NCBI GenBank assembly: GCA_964304625.1
Contig: OZ199838.1
Coordinates: 12,963,843 to 13,027,842, forward strand
Direction: 5' to 3'
DNA length: 64,000 nt
From: Kudoa neothunni
Taxonomy: Eukaryota > Animalia > Cnidaria
Shown here: positions 41,088 to 54,024 of the stretch, piece after piece
Position numbering within the stretch: the first letter of the stretch is position 1
Layout of the letters: each line of letters begins with the position of its first letter
The notes under the pieces: generated by a model
What the model was told of the DNA's origin: nothing
Databases searched by the model: none
Seen by the model: the letters and a program-made list of their open reading frames with translations, nothing else
Translations under genes and position numbers: made by a program

Positions 41088-44000
41088 TTATTTTTCTTCC
41101 TCGCTTTGATGCTGCGAAGATAAAACATCTGTCGAATTGTCGGGGGAAGTCAATTCGCCTTCCTCTTCTTCATCCTTGATTGGCGTGGACCCATCAGCCG
41201 GGAGAAGAACAGTTTGAGCGTTATTAGGAGGTACTTCAGAAGCTGGGGGATCATTAGAGAATGTGGACCTTCTAAGTTTAAGCGAACGAGAGGAAGAATC
41301 CAGTAGGGAAACTCCAAACGTGGAAGATGTTGGTACCACTGGAGTATTACCATCTGTGGGAGCTAATGATTTAGTGGTAGATTCGTCGGTGAAGTCATGG
41401 GCAGAAACATTTTCCTGAGGTTGGGACAACCTAAATAATCAATGAGATGAAATAATATGCAACCACGAACGCTTACTTAATCGGGGTATCAAAAAGAGCA
41501 GAAGGAGTTTGTAAATCACTCACAACACCTGAGTTAGCGGCAGGCGTGGCATTGCCGATGGATTCGTTAGCATCTGGTGGAGAAATATTCGACCTTTTAA
41601 CTTCAAAATCAGCACTATCATCAATAACAATACCATCAGATCGTAAATTTGGATCCGAAAGCGAAGACACGTTTCTTTTTTGAGGTTTTTTGAAATTGGA
41701 GTCATCAAAGGACGAAATTGGAGAACTACCAGTAGGGATACTCGACTGAAAAGAGACTGGTGAAGCAGTTTGAATGTTGGTATTTTGACTGAGAGTCTTT
41801 TGAAGAGAAGCTGTTTCGCCAGGTCCAATCGAGCTACGTAAATTGTAAGGAGCTGATTTAAGTATGGGAGTTTTGTGACGAACCAAATTTCGTTTCAATA
41901 TAGTACGATTGGTGGGACTTGGATGTGTGATAGGAGTTTTCTTTGTTGCGGTTTCATTGGAACCTATATATGTGTATAATTGTACTGGCTGAGCAACACC
42001 GTCATTGCTGTTACTATCATCATTGTCGCTCGGAGGTTTAATTTCAGAGAATACGGATGGGAAATTGGACAAGTTGGAGGATGCAGCTTGAGTGGTAGGT
42101 GTGGATGAGTTATTAATGGCCAACAAGAATTCATTTCCATCAGACAAAGTATTGTTACTGGCATCATTCGTAAAAGAAGGTTTAACAAGTGTTGTCTGTA
42201 TTGAAAGCGTTTCCCTTGTTGATTTAGAGAGGGATTCAATAGGATTTGCAGACGGTACTGAGAGCATTGTCGAAGTGTTGCTAGCTTCAGAGTTTGGAGG
42301 ACTAATTCGATGAATGGTTGACCTTTGTTGTTGTAGCGTGTCACCACTAGTTGCAAACACCAGAGGCTGGACCATCAGAAATACGACGATGAATAGGTAA
42401 TGATCCAGATGACACAGCTTTTGAAGCAGTATTATCATCCTTTTTCGATAAACTATCTTGGTTTCTGCTCATCTCACTCATATGTTTGCTGAGAACATCA
42501 AATTTATGTTTTAAAGCTTCATGTGCAGAACTAAGTTTGTGATAATCTTCAGCAGGAACATTGCTATGAGTGGTTTGTTCGTTTGTAATAGAAACTGGCA
42601 ACGTAGAGGATTGTTGTTTTTTGGTTTGTTGAATAAAATGAAGTTTTTTGTTTCAGCCGTTTAACTTCTTCTTCCAGCAAAGTATTTTTGGTTTGAGATT
42701 CGTGCAAGTTTTTATCCATCTGAATGTATTCCTCAGAAGTGGTTTGTAAATGAGGGTGGGTGGTGGATTGAGCGGCGGCATTAATGTTCACATTAGAATG
42801 AGGGGGATTAGAATCGACAGTTTGACGAGTCAATTTTTGCAGTATTCACTTCATTCTTGAGATGAGTAGCAATCGAATGCAAAGAATGATTTCTAGAGAT
42901 GGATTTTCGTAGTTCATTTTCCAATGAAATAATTTTTTCTTTCAATGCAACTTGTTCATTCTTCAGTGTATTGATCTCGTCTTCCTTTTCGGCTAAGGCT
43001 TTCAATTTTCCAGCAGTCAATTGATTCACCTTATTTTTGTAGTTTTGTATTTCATTGGATAGATTACTGATTCGTTCATTGAACATATCAGCTTTGGTTT
43101 TTTCTTTTGAATCTTTGGATTGTAAACTGGAAACTTTGGCATTTAGTTCAGCGTTACTTTTGTTCATATTTGCCAGTTGGCTTCTCAAATTCTTGCATAC
43201 ATTTTCAGAATATGACAGTTGACGTTTGATTTCAGCAAGTTCCCGCGAAGCTGTTTCGGACTGTACACTTTTAGTTGAGAGTTGTTCTTTGACGTTTTCT
43301 GCTTCATATTTAATTGTTTGAAGATGTTCTTCAATTTCTGTGCATTTTAACTCGTAATCAGCAATCTGTTGTTTCAATTGAGAATTGATCAGTTCCAAAT
43401 CGTTAATTTTCATGGTTTGATCAACCATTGCACTACTTTCATTGAGTACGCTACGTTCAGCAATCAGACTAGCTTCCAAGTTTTCACAGCCTTTCTCAAG
43501 ACGTTCACATTTGATTCGATATTTGAACGCTTCGGCCTTTTGTGACTCGAGTCGAGTTTCAAGAATATCTTTGTCGCGTCTCAAAATTTAATCAGTTCCC
43601 AAAGTTCTTCCACGCATCCGCCATTTTCAGCTGTATTATTGGTCACTTTTTGATCGTTAACATTATCGCTCACATCACCAATATTTGACTCGGCACCCGA
43701 TAAAACAGAAGAAGTGATAACTGATTGAGAATTTGTATCTTTGAGAGCAGAAATCTGCTTCATAAGAGACTCAATATGGCTGCTGAGAATGTTGTTTTGT
43801 TCCGTGGCACTTTTCAGCTGAATCATGCGATCGTTACTGGCCATCTCGTAGGATTCCAACTTAACATCGTACTCACACTGAAGCGAACCCAATTTGTGTT
43901 TCAAAGTACGGATTTCATGTTCATATTGATGGGATTTTTTGGCCATCTCTTCACACTTTTTGCTATTTTCTTTTAATGTTGAAATATCATCCGCATGTGC

Positions 44001-47000
44001 AATAAGTTCCATTTCATATTTTTCACGAAGTTGTTTCAACATGCCATTCAGTTGTTGTTTGCTTTCATTCCAGGCGGTTTCACGCTGTTTCATAGTATCG
44101 ATTTCGCTGAGCAAAGGTTCCACTTTTGCGTTTTGTTGACTTTCATAGAGAGTGATTATCGACTGTTTCTCATTCAACAACTGTTCCAACGACACAAGCT
44201 GAGCATTATGTTGCTCAGCTTGTGCAGCTTTCTCATTAATGGTCGACTGCAGATTGGCTATTTCCTTCTCCAAATTTTGTTTGCACTCATTCCATACATT
44301 GACATTTTTTTCCAAATTCTCTTCCGCAGCAGCACTCACCACCAACAATTGTTCAACTTGTTTTTGGTAACTGTTCAACTGTTCGGTTAATTGTTCTATT
44401 GTTTCATTTGAATTATTCTTGTTATCTGATGGTTGTGTCTGAGAAGATTGTACATGTACATTAGTGGATGTAGTAATCTGTTGCTTGACTTCATTCAACT
44501 TGTCGCGAAGTTCATTTTCACTGTTCAGCAGTTTGGATATAGTATCATCTTTGGTTTTCAATTCAACTCGAAGATTCTGGATATCCGTATGGTAACGTAT
44601 ATCGTTATTCTCTTGAGCTTCTTTAAGTTGGAATCGTAATGTTTTAACTTCGTCCTTCATCTCGTCGATAAAACTCATCATCTTAATACCAGAATTGTTT
44701 TCTCGGTATTCCAAGCTGTTTTGAATATCCTGTATACAAGAGAGAAGTTGGCCAAAATTGTTGCTTTGAGAGGATTGTGTTTGTAGTTGTGCTTCCAGGA
44801 ACTTTGAGGTTTCTCTCAAATGAGCATTTTCATCGGTGAGAGTACGGCGCACTTGTTCGAGGTGGTTCAATTTGGACGTATATTCGTCGCAGTTGCTCTT
44901 GTAGAATTGTACATTTTCTTTGAGTTGTTTGTTTAGCAGATCTACTTGTATGAATTTCTCCTCCTTCAAACGATATTCCTTCACCTCATGCTCGAGAGTG
45001 GTTACTGCATGAGCTCGTTGTTCTTCTACTTGATTGAGTTGAATTTCCAACTGAGAGATCCTAGACTGGAGATAGTTGGAATGATCGTTGAGGCGATTAA
45101 CTTCCAATCTAGCTTCATTTAACAACTCAACTTTACTGTTGATCATTTGAGTATATTGTTCACGTATAGTCTCAAACGATCGAACACTTAGGTTAGATTC
45201 GGCACCAAATGAAACGTTGTGTCCTTCAGCAGCATCATTCGCACCAGCCTCTCCAACAGATGACAACATCGTAGTATCTATCTTCAAAGGAGCTCCACCT
45301 TTGTTGGTTGCCATAAAAATTTCCAGTTGTTTTTTGGTGGTCTCGTAGGACCTGTTGGCGATTTCTAATTTTTCTGACAAAGTCAAAATGTTTTTGGCAG
45401 CCTCTCCTAGTTTCTTTTCATATTCTTCTACTGTCTTTGGATCGGTGATGAGACACTCGGTTTTCTTCTTGAGACTTCTACAGAGCGCCAACAATTTGAT
45501 ATTCTGATTTTGAAGTTGTTCAACAGTATTGAAAATCAATGACGACTCTACCAATTCATCAACCTGGTCAACCAATGCCGCACTTTGAAGCTCATCAAAG
45601 TCAAATTGATCAGTCATATCGTTGAGGACAAGATCATCATTGGGATTCGCATCGATCGATTGGAGTAGATGACGTACTTGATTGGACAAATCTTGTGTGA
45701 GCTGAGTCAAGGAGAGTTTTTGTTCAACAAGATCCGCATTCTCACGTTCAACATTAGACACTCTAGCTTCCAAATCTCCAACTGCTGTGTTAGCTTCGAT
45801 CAAATTCTTTGAAAGATGATCAGCATATAACTCGCATCTATTTTTCTCCTCATTCAACAACTCATACTCACTCTTCTGAGCTTCAAACTGTTTCGTAGTG
45901 TATTCATAACGAAGAGACATTTTTGAGATATCATCCTTCAATTCTTGAATAGTGTTGAGTGCTTTATTGTAGTTGGCGTATATTTGAGTAATGGTAAGGC
46001 CTTTCTTGAGCAACTGACTCGTGCTTTGAGCCATTGGTGATAGTAGTCTATTATCATCGGGGTTGATTCTGTGAGAAACACGTTTCAATGGAGATGTAAC
46101 AGGTTCGTTATTTACACCAACCAATTGTGACGGGTCTTCAACCCTGCTCGATTCGACAATGGTTTCAGCAACAGCCAACTCATCTTCCAACGACTTGATC
46201 TTATTTTCATACCTCTCAGTATTATCATTCCACAACTTGTTGCTTTCATTGAATGAGGAAAGAAGATTGGAATTCTCTTTTTCCAACTGATTCACTCGAT
46301 CAACCAATTCATCTTGAATTTCTCGATGTCGATTGATGGTGTCGGTAAGGTGAGTTTTATCTTCAGTCAATAACTCACGCAATCTGTTGCTAGAATTGAG
46401 CTCTTTTTCTAACTCCAATTTCTCCATATTCATCAATGACTCATTGTGCGATGCTTTGTCGATGAGTTTCTTGTAATTGTCTTGAAGTGATTCCAAATGT
46501 TTTCTCAACGTGTCAATGGTATCACTCAAATGAGTGATTTCAGTTGTCTTTTGATTCTCCACAGTTTGAATATTTGTAGTCAATTCATGGTTCAACTTTT
46601 TCAATTTTATCAATTCGTTCGACTGGGTGGAAATAGTAGCAAGGTGTTGTTTGATGGTATTTTCGTAGATCTCAGACTGTTGGGTGACCAATTTTTTCTT
46701 CCATTCATTGAGTGTACCATTTTGAGTGTATTCGTCAATTTTGGCTTGTAGCTCAGATTTAATTGCGTTGGCTTTACGCAATTTTTCAACATTCTCTTTC
46801 CATTGTTCATCCAATTGTTGGATGTGAATATCTTTACGATTGATAATACCCAACAACTCATTCTTCTCGCCAATAAGCAAGTTGTTGGTACTTTTCAACG
46901 ATTCATACTCTTGTTGTAGTGTATTATAGTTGATATCGTATTTCTTCTCTAATTCCACTTTGATTATGTCTATCCTGGCAGTCGCATCATTTAAATCACT

Positions 47001-47276
47001 GTTAAGTGTCTCCAGTTGATGTTTTTGTTTATTCAAAAGTTGATCTTTTTCAACCATACCAGTTCTCAAACCAGAACACTCATTTTCAGTTTTAAATCTA
47101 TCTTGCATGCATTGTTGATATAGAGTGGTTAGCTTTTGTTTTTCAACCACTCTGTCATTCATATATTTTTTCAAAGCCGTTGAAAATTCATCACAATGCT
47201 TAAACTTTTCGATAGAACTAATAATTTCATTTCTATTTGGACAATCTCTCAGTATTTGAGATAACGTGTCACTCAT
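41088..47276 (-). CDS. TPR: Nucleoprotein TPR/Mlp1 (nuclear basket coiled coil), ~2046 aa after correcting four 1-nt indels; one intron at 41431-41476
   Basis: Long coiled coil with TPR-family motifs LSPMA..KKGLTITQIYANY, FNTVEQLQNQNIKLLAL, KYEMELIAHADDI and ELIKF(L)RRDKDILE, followed by an S/T/P-rich acidic tail. Confidence 0.88.
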
Positions 47277-47944
47277 TGCACCAAATTCGATGTCACGCTA
47301 TATTTGGGTATTAATAGTCAGTTTATATCCTATAAGTTTACAGATAAATTTGAGTATGGTGCAGCCGTCGTTATAGCAACCAGAAACTTTTAGCTCGGCG
47401 AGTCACTTCGATTACAACCGAAAACTACAATTTCGGCACTAATATATAGATAACTGCGTGCGATTCGCCGCCCATTTTGTGTATTAAACAAATGCTAAGA
47501 ATCGTAACAAATGTTTTTATTTTTTTGAAACATACGGTTTTTAGGTTCATTTCCATATTGTGTTAAGTTGTTCATTGGTGATTAAGCTGTAATTACATGA
47601 ATATTGATTAATTAAAACTAATTTTTTATTGATACATTCAACATTATCACATCGAAAAATGAGTCGCCCATATAGATCAACTTTTTCCTATCAAATTTAA
47701 TCTATTAAGAACCCCATTACGAATAATCCTATTTTAAGGCATTAGAATTTATTGTCTGTTATTTTTAATTAATCACCCTGTATTATGTGGATAATCACTG
47801 TCTCTAGTTGAAAAAAATTGTAAAAAAATTTATTTAATTAAATATTAGATCTCTTAAATATTCAATTTTTGTACTTATAAGATAAAATCTCCGACTCAGT
47901 TTTTTTCGCAATGTGAAACTCCCGCATGGCTTATTAGTCTATGA

Positions 47945-48524
47945 CAGAGGTTCTCAACCGGGGGTAAATTAAGTAATATCAACATTGGATAAGGATGAGT
48001 CTTGCAGAATGAGGTTTGTGACGTACCTAAAGATTTCTAAAGAATTATATTATTCGCGGCTGTTAAACTTGATAATAAATTGGGAGAAATGCTCAAAATG
48101 TCTTTAGGAGTAAGTATTTGTTAAATATTTATAAAACTATAAACAGTCTCTTTCTTTATGGCTCATTTATTTGTATTGATGTAGCCTAATAATAATACTT
48201 AAAGTTGCAATCTTCGTGATAAATAATATTTAAGCGTCATTAGTTTAGACTATTTTTAATTATATCTGACCCCTAAGAGGGGAGGAAGGACTAGATATAA
48301 TTTAATGTAGAAAAATCTAATAAAATTAAATCTGTAGACAGTTTGTGAGTTAGAGTTGATGGGATTAAAAATTGTCATTACACAAGCGTAAATGCCTTTT
48401 AGGATTAGAATTTACCGTATAAATAACCTCTGGCAAAGCTCAAACAATACAAAACCTTGGAGTAAATATAGATTAAATTTCCAAGTTAAGGAGGCAAATT
48501 TGAAAAAACGGTTGAGAACCCCTA
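47945..48524. mobile_element. hAT MITE family A, copy 2
   Basis: TIRs cagaggttctcaacc / ggttgagaaccccta; perfect 8-bp TSD gtctatga at 47937-47944 and 48525-48532. Confidence 0.9.
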
Positions 48525-49971
48525 GTCTATGAAATTCGGACTTGTTAGGCCAATTTCATGAGCGATGTAAGCGCAACATACGAGAATCATTTAATCTTTC
48601 ACCTTATCTTTTCAAAGATAATGCGAGCATTTGAAACACAGTAAATTTTTTTCTTGGGGTAACCACCACCCCAAACCTTACTCATCCAACTTCAGCGACT
48701 TTAACTCGGTAGGGATTGAATACAATATTTGATTATTTAATAAGGCCTGGAGATTCAACCGTCTAATCCGATCCTCCCCGCTGTACTGAACTATAGCTGC
48801 AGATGTGTTACACATATAGAGAATGTGCACTCTGACCGCAGTTTCTATTGTGGAATGGGAGCACGACGCAGAAACGGGTTCGATGGGGTAGAGTTTGAAT
48901 TTGGGATTTCATAACCTGCCACTCAAAGGACTGGCATTCGTTCCATTTGTCTGCCATTGAAGAAGAAAAGAAAAAAAAAGATAAAAAACCCTAATAATGA
49001 GATGAATTAATAAAACATAGATTCTTGTTTAAATTCGGTATTATTGTTGTATCACTTTCAAGAGACTTTCGATTTCAAGGCATCACGATCAATATTAGGC
49101 AGACACATTTTGATTAAGGTGTAGAGAAACTTAACTATCCCGAGAAAATATTCTATTAAATAGTAATTATTAAAGATAATTGAGTAATTTGGGAGGGGTG
49201 TTCATTCAAAATTATAAAATCTATTTTTATCATTACTCATGTAAATAATTAGTGCTTTGATATATTTTATAAAAAATAAAGGAATTTTATAAAATTTCAA
49301 ACTTAATAAACCTACATTTTTAGAAAAAATACATTTAAAAGACTCTTTTACTCATGATTTTTTAATAGTTTGTTCGAACTCCGAAATATGTTAATTTCAT
49401 AGTCCTATTATATACAAATCGCAAGAATTAATTTTAATGCTTTAGATTGAAATTATTTATTTAATTTTAATAAAATAAATTTTAATGTATTGTTTTTTAT
49501 ATATGAAATTTAAATATAAGCTCAGGTCTGGTGTACATTTTTTAATCTTAATTGAAGATATTTTTTAGGCGGAGACTATTGGTATTGTAAACTTTTAATC
49601 TCACTAACTCTTACTTACAGGCTGTTTACAGATTTAATTTTTTAGGATCTGCTTTATTCAATTAATGTCACCTGAATATTATTTAGATAGTGTCTCTTTC
49701 CATAACAATGGTGCTTGCGCATGGATTGTAAGATGATTATGAGGTTAATTTTATTTCCATTAATTTTGTATGTTATAACTTATAAGGCGAATAACGCATC
49801 GATTTTTCGAACAAAATGAAAATAATTGTTTTAACACATCACAGAGATATAAGTACGTTATTCATCATATTCAAAATAATTATTCATTGCATTGGGTCTA
49901 CTCATAGTTTATACTTCTTCTACAATAAAATTCAACTTAAATTGATTGGTAAGAGCGGAATTTTCATAGTA

Positions 49972-50679
49972 TAGTCAGTGACTGGTTTTACGCACTTTTT
50001 TCGCAACGTTTTTGAAAAAAAATAGATGAATTTTGTTTAATGTTCGAAATAACTAAATGAAATGAAAAAAAATCAAGTCAAAACATGAAATAATAAAATA
50101 CGTCCAAATATTCTCTCAAAGGAAATCAAATATGTTACTATAAAGCATCAGACATATCCTCCATATCCAACCCTTATGGCACCTTAAAAAACATAAATAA
50201 AATTTTTTAAATGATTAAACACAAATCGATTATTGTGTTCATTTGCGAATTTATTAAAATGAGTTTAAAAAATTATCCGAGTTATACAAAAAAGATCGAT
50301 CGATCATGATCGCAATGGTGGAAACTATATTTCAAATATTGTGACAAATTTTTGGTGACCAAAACAACTAATTATTTTATTTCTAAGTGAAAAAAATTTT
50401 TTTTTTAATTTATGCAATTCAATTATATTAAATAGCTAAGTATATTATTATATGCGAACATTAATAAATGTGTAAAACTGGACGTTACCAATTTCACACA
50501 CATTTTTCCGCGATCCCAAAAGAATCACTAAAATCCGGCTAACGACTGTGCTTTCATTTAAAAAAGATTTAACGTTTTTACCAAAATTTTCGCATTTTAA
50601 TTATGTTATTTAATAAAGAATTGAGTAATTTTCTGTAGTTTCATGCCCGGAAAAATTGCGTAAAACCGGTCACTGACTG
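49972..50679. mobile_element. Tc1/mariner-type MITE
   Basis: About 29-bp TIRs tagtcagtgactggttttacgcacttttt / aaaaattgcgtaaaaccggtcactgactg, flanked by TA on both sides. Confidence 0.85.
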
Positions 50680-51394
50680 TAGTAGGTATAAGTGTTCTCA
50701 TATTTCTGTAGAGAGGAACTAAACTCATTAAATAATTTGTTATAGTCACTCCCACCAAGTTAGTTTAACGCATGTAGTAATCAGTCTGTCGACTGATTGT
50801 TTTTTTTCATAGTTATTATTTCATAAATTTTTGTTCCATTATGAATTTGAACGAAATCATTACAGTTAGGTTAATTATCTTCTTCGATGTGTGCGTTCGG
50901 GTCAGTTGATACATCGCTGTTCATTATTATTTCGTCACATTCAAATGCAACATTATGTTTTGAGTCGACTAATTATTGTTGATAGCCCATATGAGTGTTA
51001 TAAATGTTTCTAGTTCCTGCTGTAAGGAGAAAAAAACAGAAAAGCGTGCTCTTTATTTAATCATCAATCATCTTGAATGTACTCATAAATATCGCGTTTT
51101 CCTTAATAGTAAACTCGATTTCCAATATTTTTCTTACCACGATTAAGTATTAATAATGAAGTTTAAAATTATTTATAATCAATAACTTTTTTATAAAAAT
51201 CTCGTATAGCATTAAATTCTTTCTAAGTTGTAGCATTTGTTTTTACGCGCTAGAATTAGTCGTATACGCTGTTTTTTGTAAAACAGAATAAAAAAATATA
51301 ATATTATTGATTAACATTTAGTTATTCGCTTTATGAAATACAAAACTAATGGAAATCGAAATAATCTCTGCGCGTGCGCCATTGCAGTGGAAAG

Positions 51395-51964
51395 CAGGGC
51401 TACCAGGGGGATTTTAGAATGAACCCAAGGATGGACGATGAAAAAACTCAAATTTAAGTAAAAACCCCAAGGTCGAGAAAAACGCTGGACTAAATTACAA
51501 CAAAAATAGAATCATATCTATTAAAGTTTTTAATCATCTTCCGAGTCTTCAAATACGTCTACAGATATTAAATTTAAATTTATCGTTGAATTATTACAAT
51601 TTATTGAAGCGAACACTCATTCAAACGTAATGTCTAGTATAGGTCAATATGCTCACAATAAATTAATTCATTCATTCATAGTTCAAGATATATTTTGAAA
51701 TAACGTTAAATTTTCTAATAATATGCGACAGTGTTAACTGAACAATTGTGCTGTCGTTCAATATCGTAAATGTTTAAACCCTGCACGATATAATCTGAGT
51801 ACTATACGTTATTAAAAATATAAATATTAATGTCGCACACAATAAAATTTGTGTTATTATTCAATGTTTACAGGTTTTGAATAAAACCCAAAGATTTTAA
51901 AGAAAAAATGAAAAAAACCAAGAACCCAAGGTGACCACAAAAAACCCAAGCAGTGGGCGCCCTG
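51395..51964. mobile_element. hAT-type MITE family D with AACCCAAG subterminal repeats
   Basis: Ends caggg / ccctg, perfect 8-bp TSD gtggaaag, and aacccaag motifs clustered near both ends. Confidence 0.85.
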
Positions 51965-52082
51965 GTGGAAAGAGGTGCCACTTCTTATTTTTAATATCAT
52001 TTTTATAGAAAATATTAAATATTATTATTTATATATAAATTAATTAATATTAATTTCCTTATATATCAAACTTTATTAATTA

Positions 52083-52151
52083 CAGTGACTTGGGGGTCGT
52101 ACGTAATGGTTTTAATTTCGCTATTGATTACACACTACCCTCAAGTCACTG
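52083..52151. mobile_element. 69-bp Tc1/mariner-type mini-element
   Basis: TA|cagtgacttgggggt ... accctcaagtcactg|TA. Confidence 0.7.
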
Positions 52152-52519
52152 TATTGTCTTGAAGTAATATTCTTTGATGCTTTTTAGTATATTTTAATGG
52201 AAATTAAACTAACCGAAAATTTTCAAAAATAATAGCGTGATTTTAAGATTTTAAAACAGAGTTGAAAAGGCGTATATATTGAAATGTAAATATTTGATAT
52301 TGTCAGTATAGTTTGGTACGGTTTATGGTAGACAAAAATTTTGAAATGAGAATCAAGTGTCAAGTTATTAATGAAAAATAAATTATATCTCGTATCAAAT
52401 TAAATTGAATGTGAGACAAATATATTTAAAAATATTTTCAGAACAGAATATCTATTATTTTTCAAGCTTTGACAAGAGGTTACAAAAATATAGTAAAATG
52501 GAGCCCTATAATGAATAAA

Positions 52520-54024
52520 TTAGGAGTTTGGTATGTGTGACCCATCAAATTCTTCAAAATCATCTAACTGCATATGTGGTTTGTTTGTAAAAACTAGAGT
52601 ATACAAGTTCGCAGTTTATCAACAAAAATATTTTACTGTATCGGCTGATATTGTCTCCGAAAATTGTGTACGAATTTACCATATTGAACAATAGTAGGAA
52701 TTTTGATGTTAAAGCAACTATAGCTATTGAAAATTATTTAATTTCACAATATAAATAACAAACTTTCTACAATAACGAAACAAAAAAGAAAAATATTGGC
52801 GCCTTGGTTGACATGACTTTCATAGTACAACTATATTAGAAAGTATTACTTCGTATAGTCTAAACAAAATTGACGTTTTCTATACTTTGTATATGATGTA
52901 AAATGTGAAGAATTCTTGACAACTCAGCAGGAAAGCATCGAAATAGAACAACTTTTTACTTTCAAGTCTTATCTATAATACTCGTAGAGGAACAAGTCTA
53001 AGTTGTGTAGAAATATACCGTTATCGTGGTTGTAATAAATGCAGCAAAAGACAGAACCAGCTGTAAGGAGAATAAAATTTTATCTACCATTGAAAATATA
53101 GGAATATAATCTCCCGAATATGGTATTGTATATAGGACAGCAATGTTGAGCTAAAAATGTATAATATGATTAGCAATGTTTTAATTTTATAATAAAGATC
53201 TATACATGTGTATTCAAGTCGACTATGGCCATATTCAATGTATTAATGAGTTGGGAACATTTTTCTAAATAGAAATGGCGTTAATAACACCTGTAAAATA
53301 AAATTATATGACCACACAACCAGTCTAACAAATAAAACAATGAAGCATTACTTTGTTTATCAATGTTGGCGCCAACAAGGTAAAAAATATAGTTGTAAGT
53401 TCGATGATATCGATAAAGAGTGGAGAACCCAAACAGCAATGTTATGGGTGTTAGTATTGACAGTATAATCAAGGTCCCCTAAATCAGCCAAATCCTTCCC
53501 AGTCACATAATATGCAGAAAATAACATTCACATTTTTAATAGCATATTTTGGCGATTCGATTGCATTAAAGGTAAGGAAATGAAAAATAAAAATGAAAAA
53601 ATTCGCCATAATAGAAGTGAAGATGAAGAACTTTCTTTCTTTGCTCACCCCCACGATCGTATATATCATATAGAAAACTATACTCCATCTAATTAACAAC
53701 TAAATCATTCTCAAATATATTCACTTACACAGATTGACCAAAACTAATATATAAAAGGATGTGTGCACCGACACGTATGGATAGGTTGCTAGCTGACTAA
53801 TGGCACTAGTGAGCAACAGCAGGCAGGTCAAAGAGCTGAATACAAGAAAAAGTGTCTCCTTAAGAGACATCCTCCTTATATTCTTACACTTTAAATATAA
53901 ATATAAAGCCTTATGCTGCATTCTGATAAAGACAAGTTACCCATCCAAATAGTGGGAAATATACGTTTTGTGGAACATTTTGTTTTCGTGAGTTCACATC
54001 GTATACCATGTATGTGGTCTCCAT
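52520..54024 (-). CDS. Multi-pass membrane protein, tentatively UPF0658/DUF7789-like
   Basis: Spliced frame from METTYMVYD to DGSHIPNS* with about 7-8 hydrophobic helices and motifs GVSKER, IFYLVGANIDKQ, IRLESKKL, YTIFGDNI. The family call is from motif memory and unverified. Confidence 0.7.

Noticed and set aside
43578-43592. Programmed ribosomal frameshift at AAA TTT TGA in TPR
   Set aside because: The required shift is -1/+2. Slippage on TTT-T would give +1, and there is no X XXY YYZ heptamer in frame.
43725-46873. Antisense and alternate-frame ORFs over TPR (likewise over the Kunitz, Ras and ERCC6 genes)
   Set aside because: Shadow ORFs of real coding sequence.
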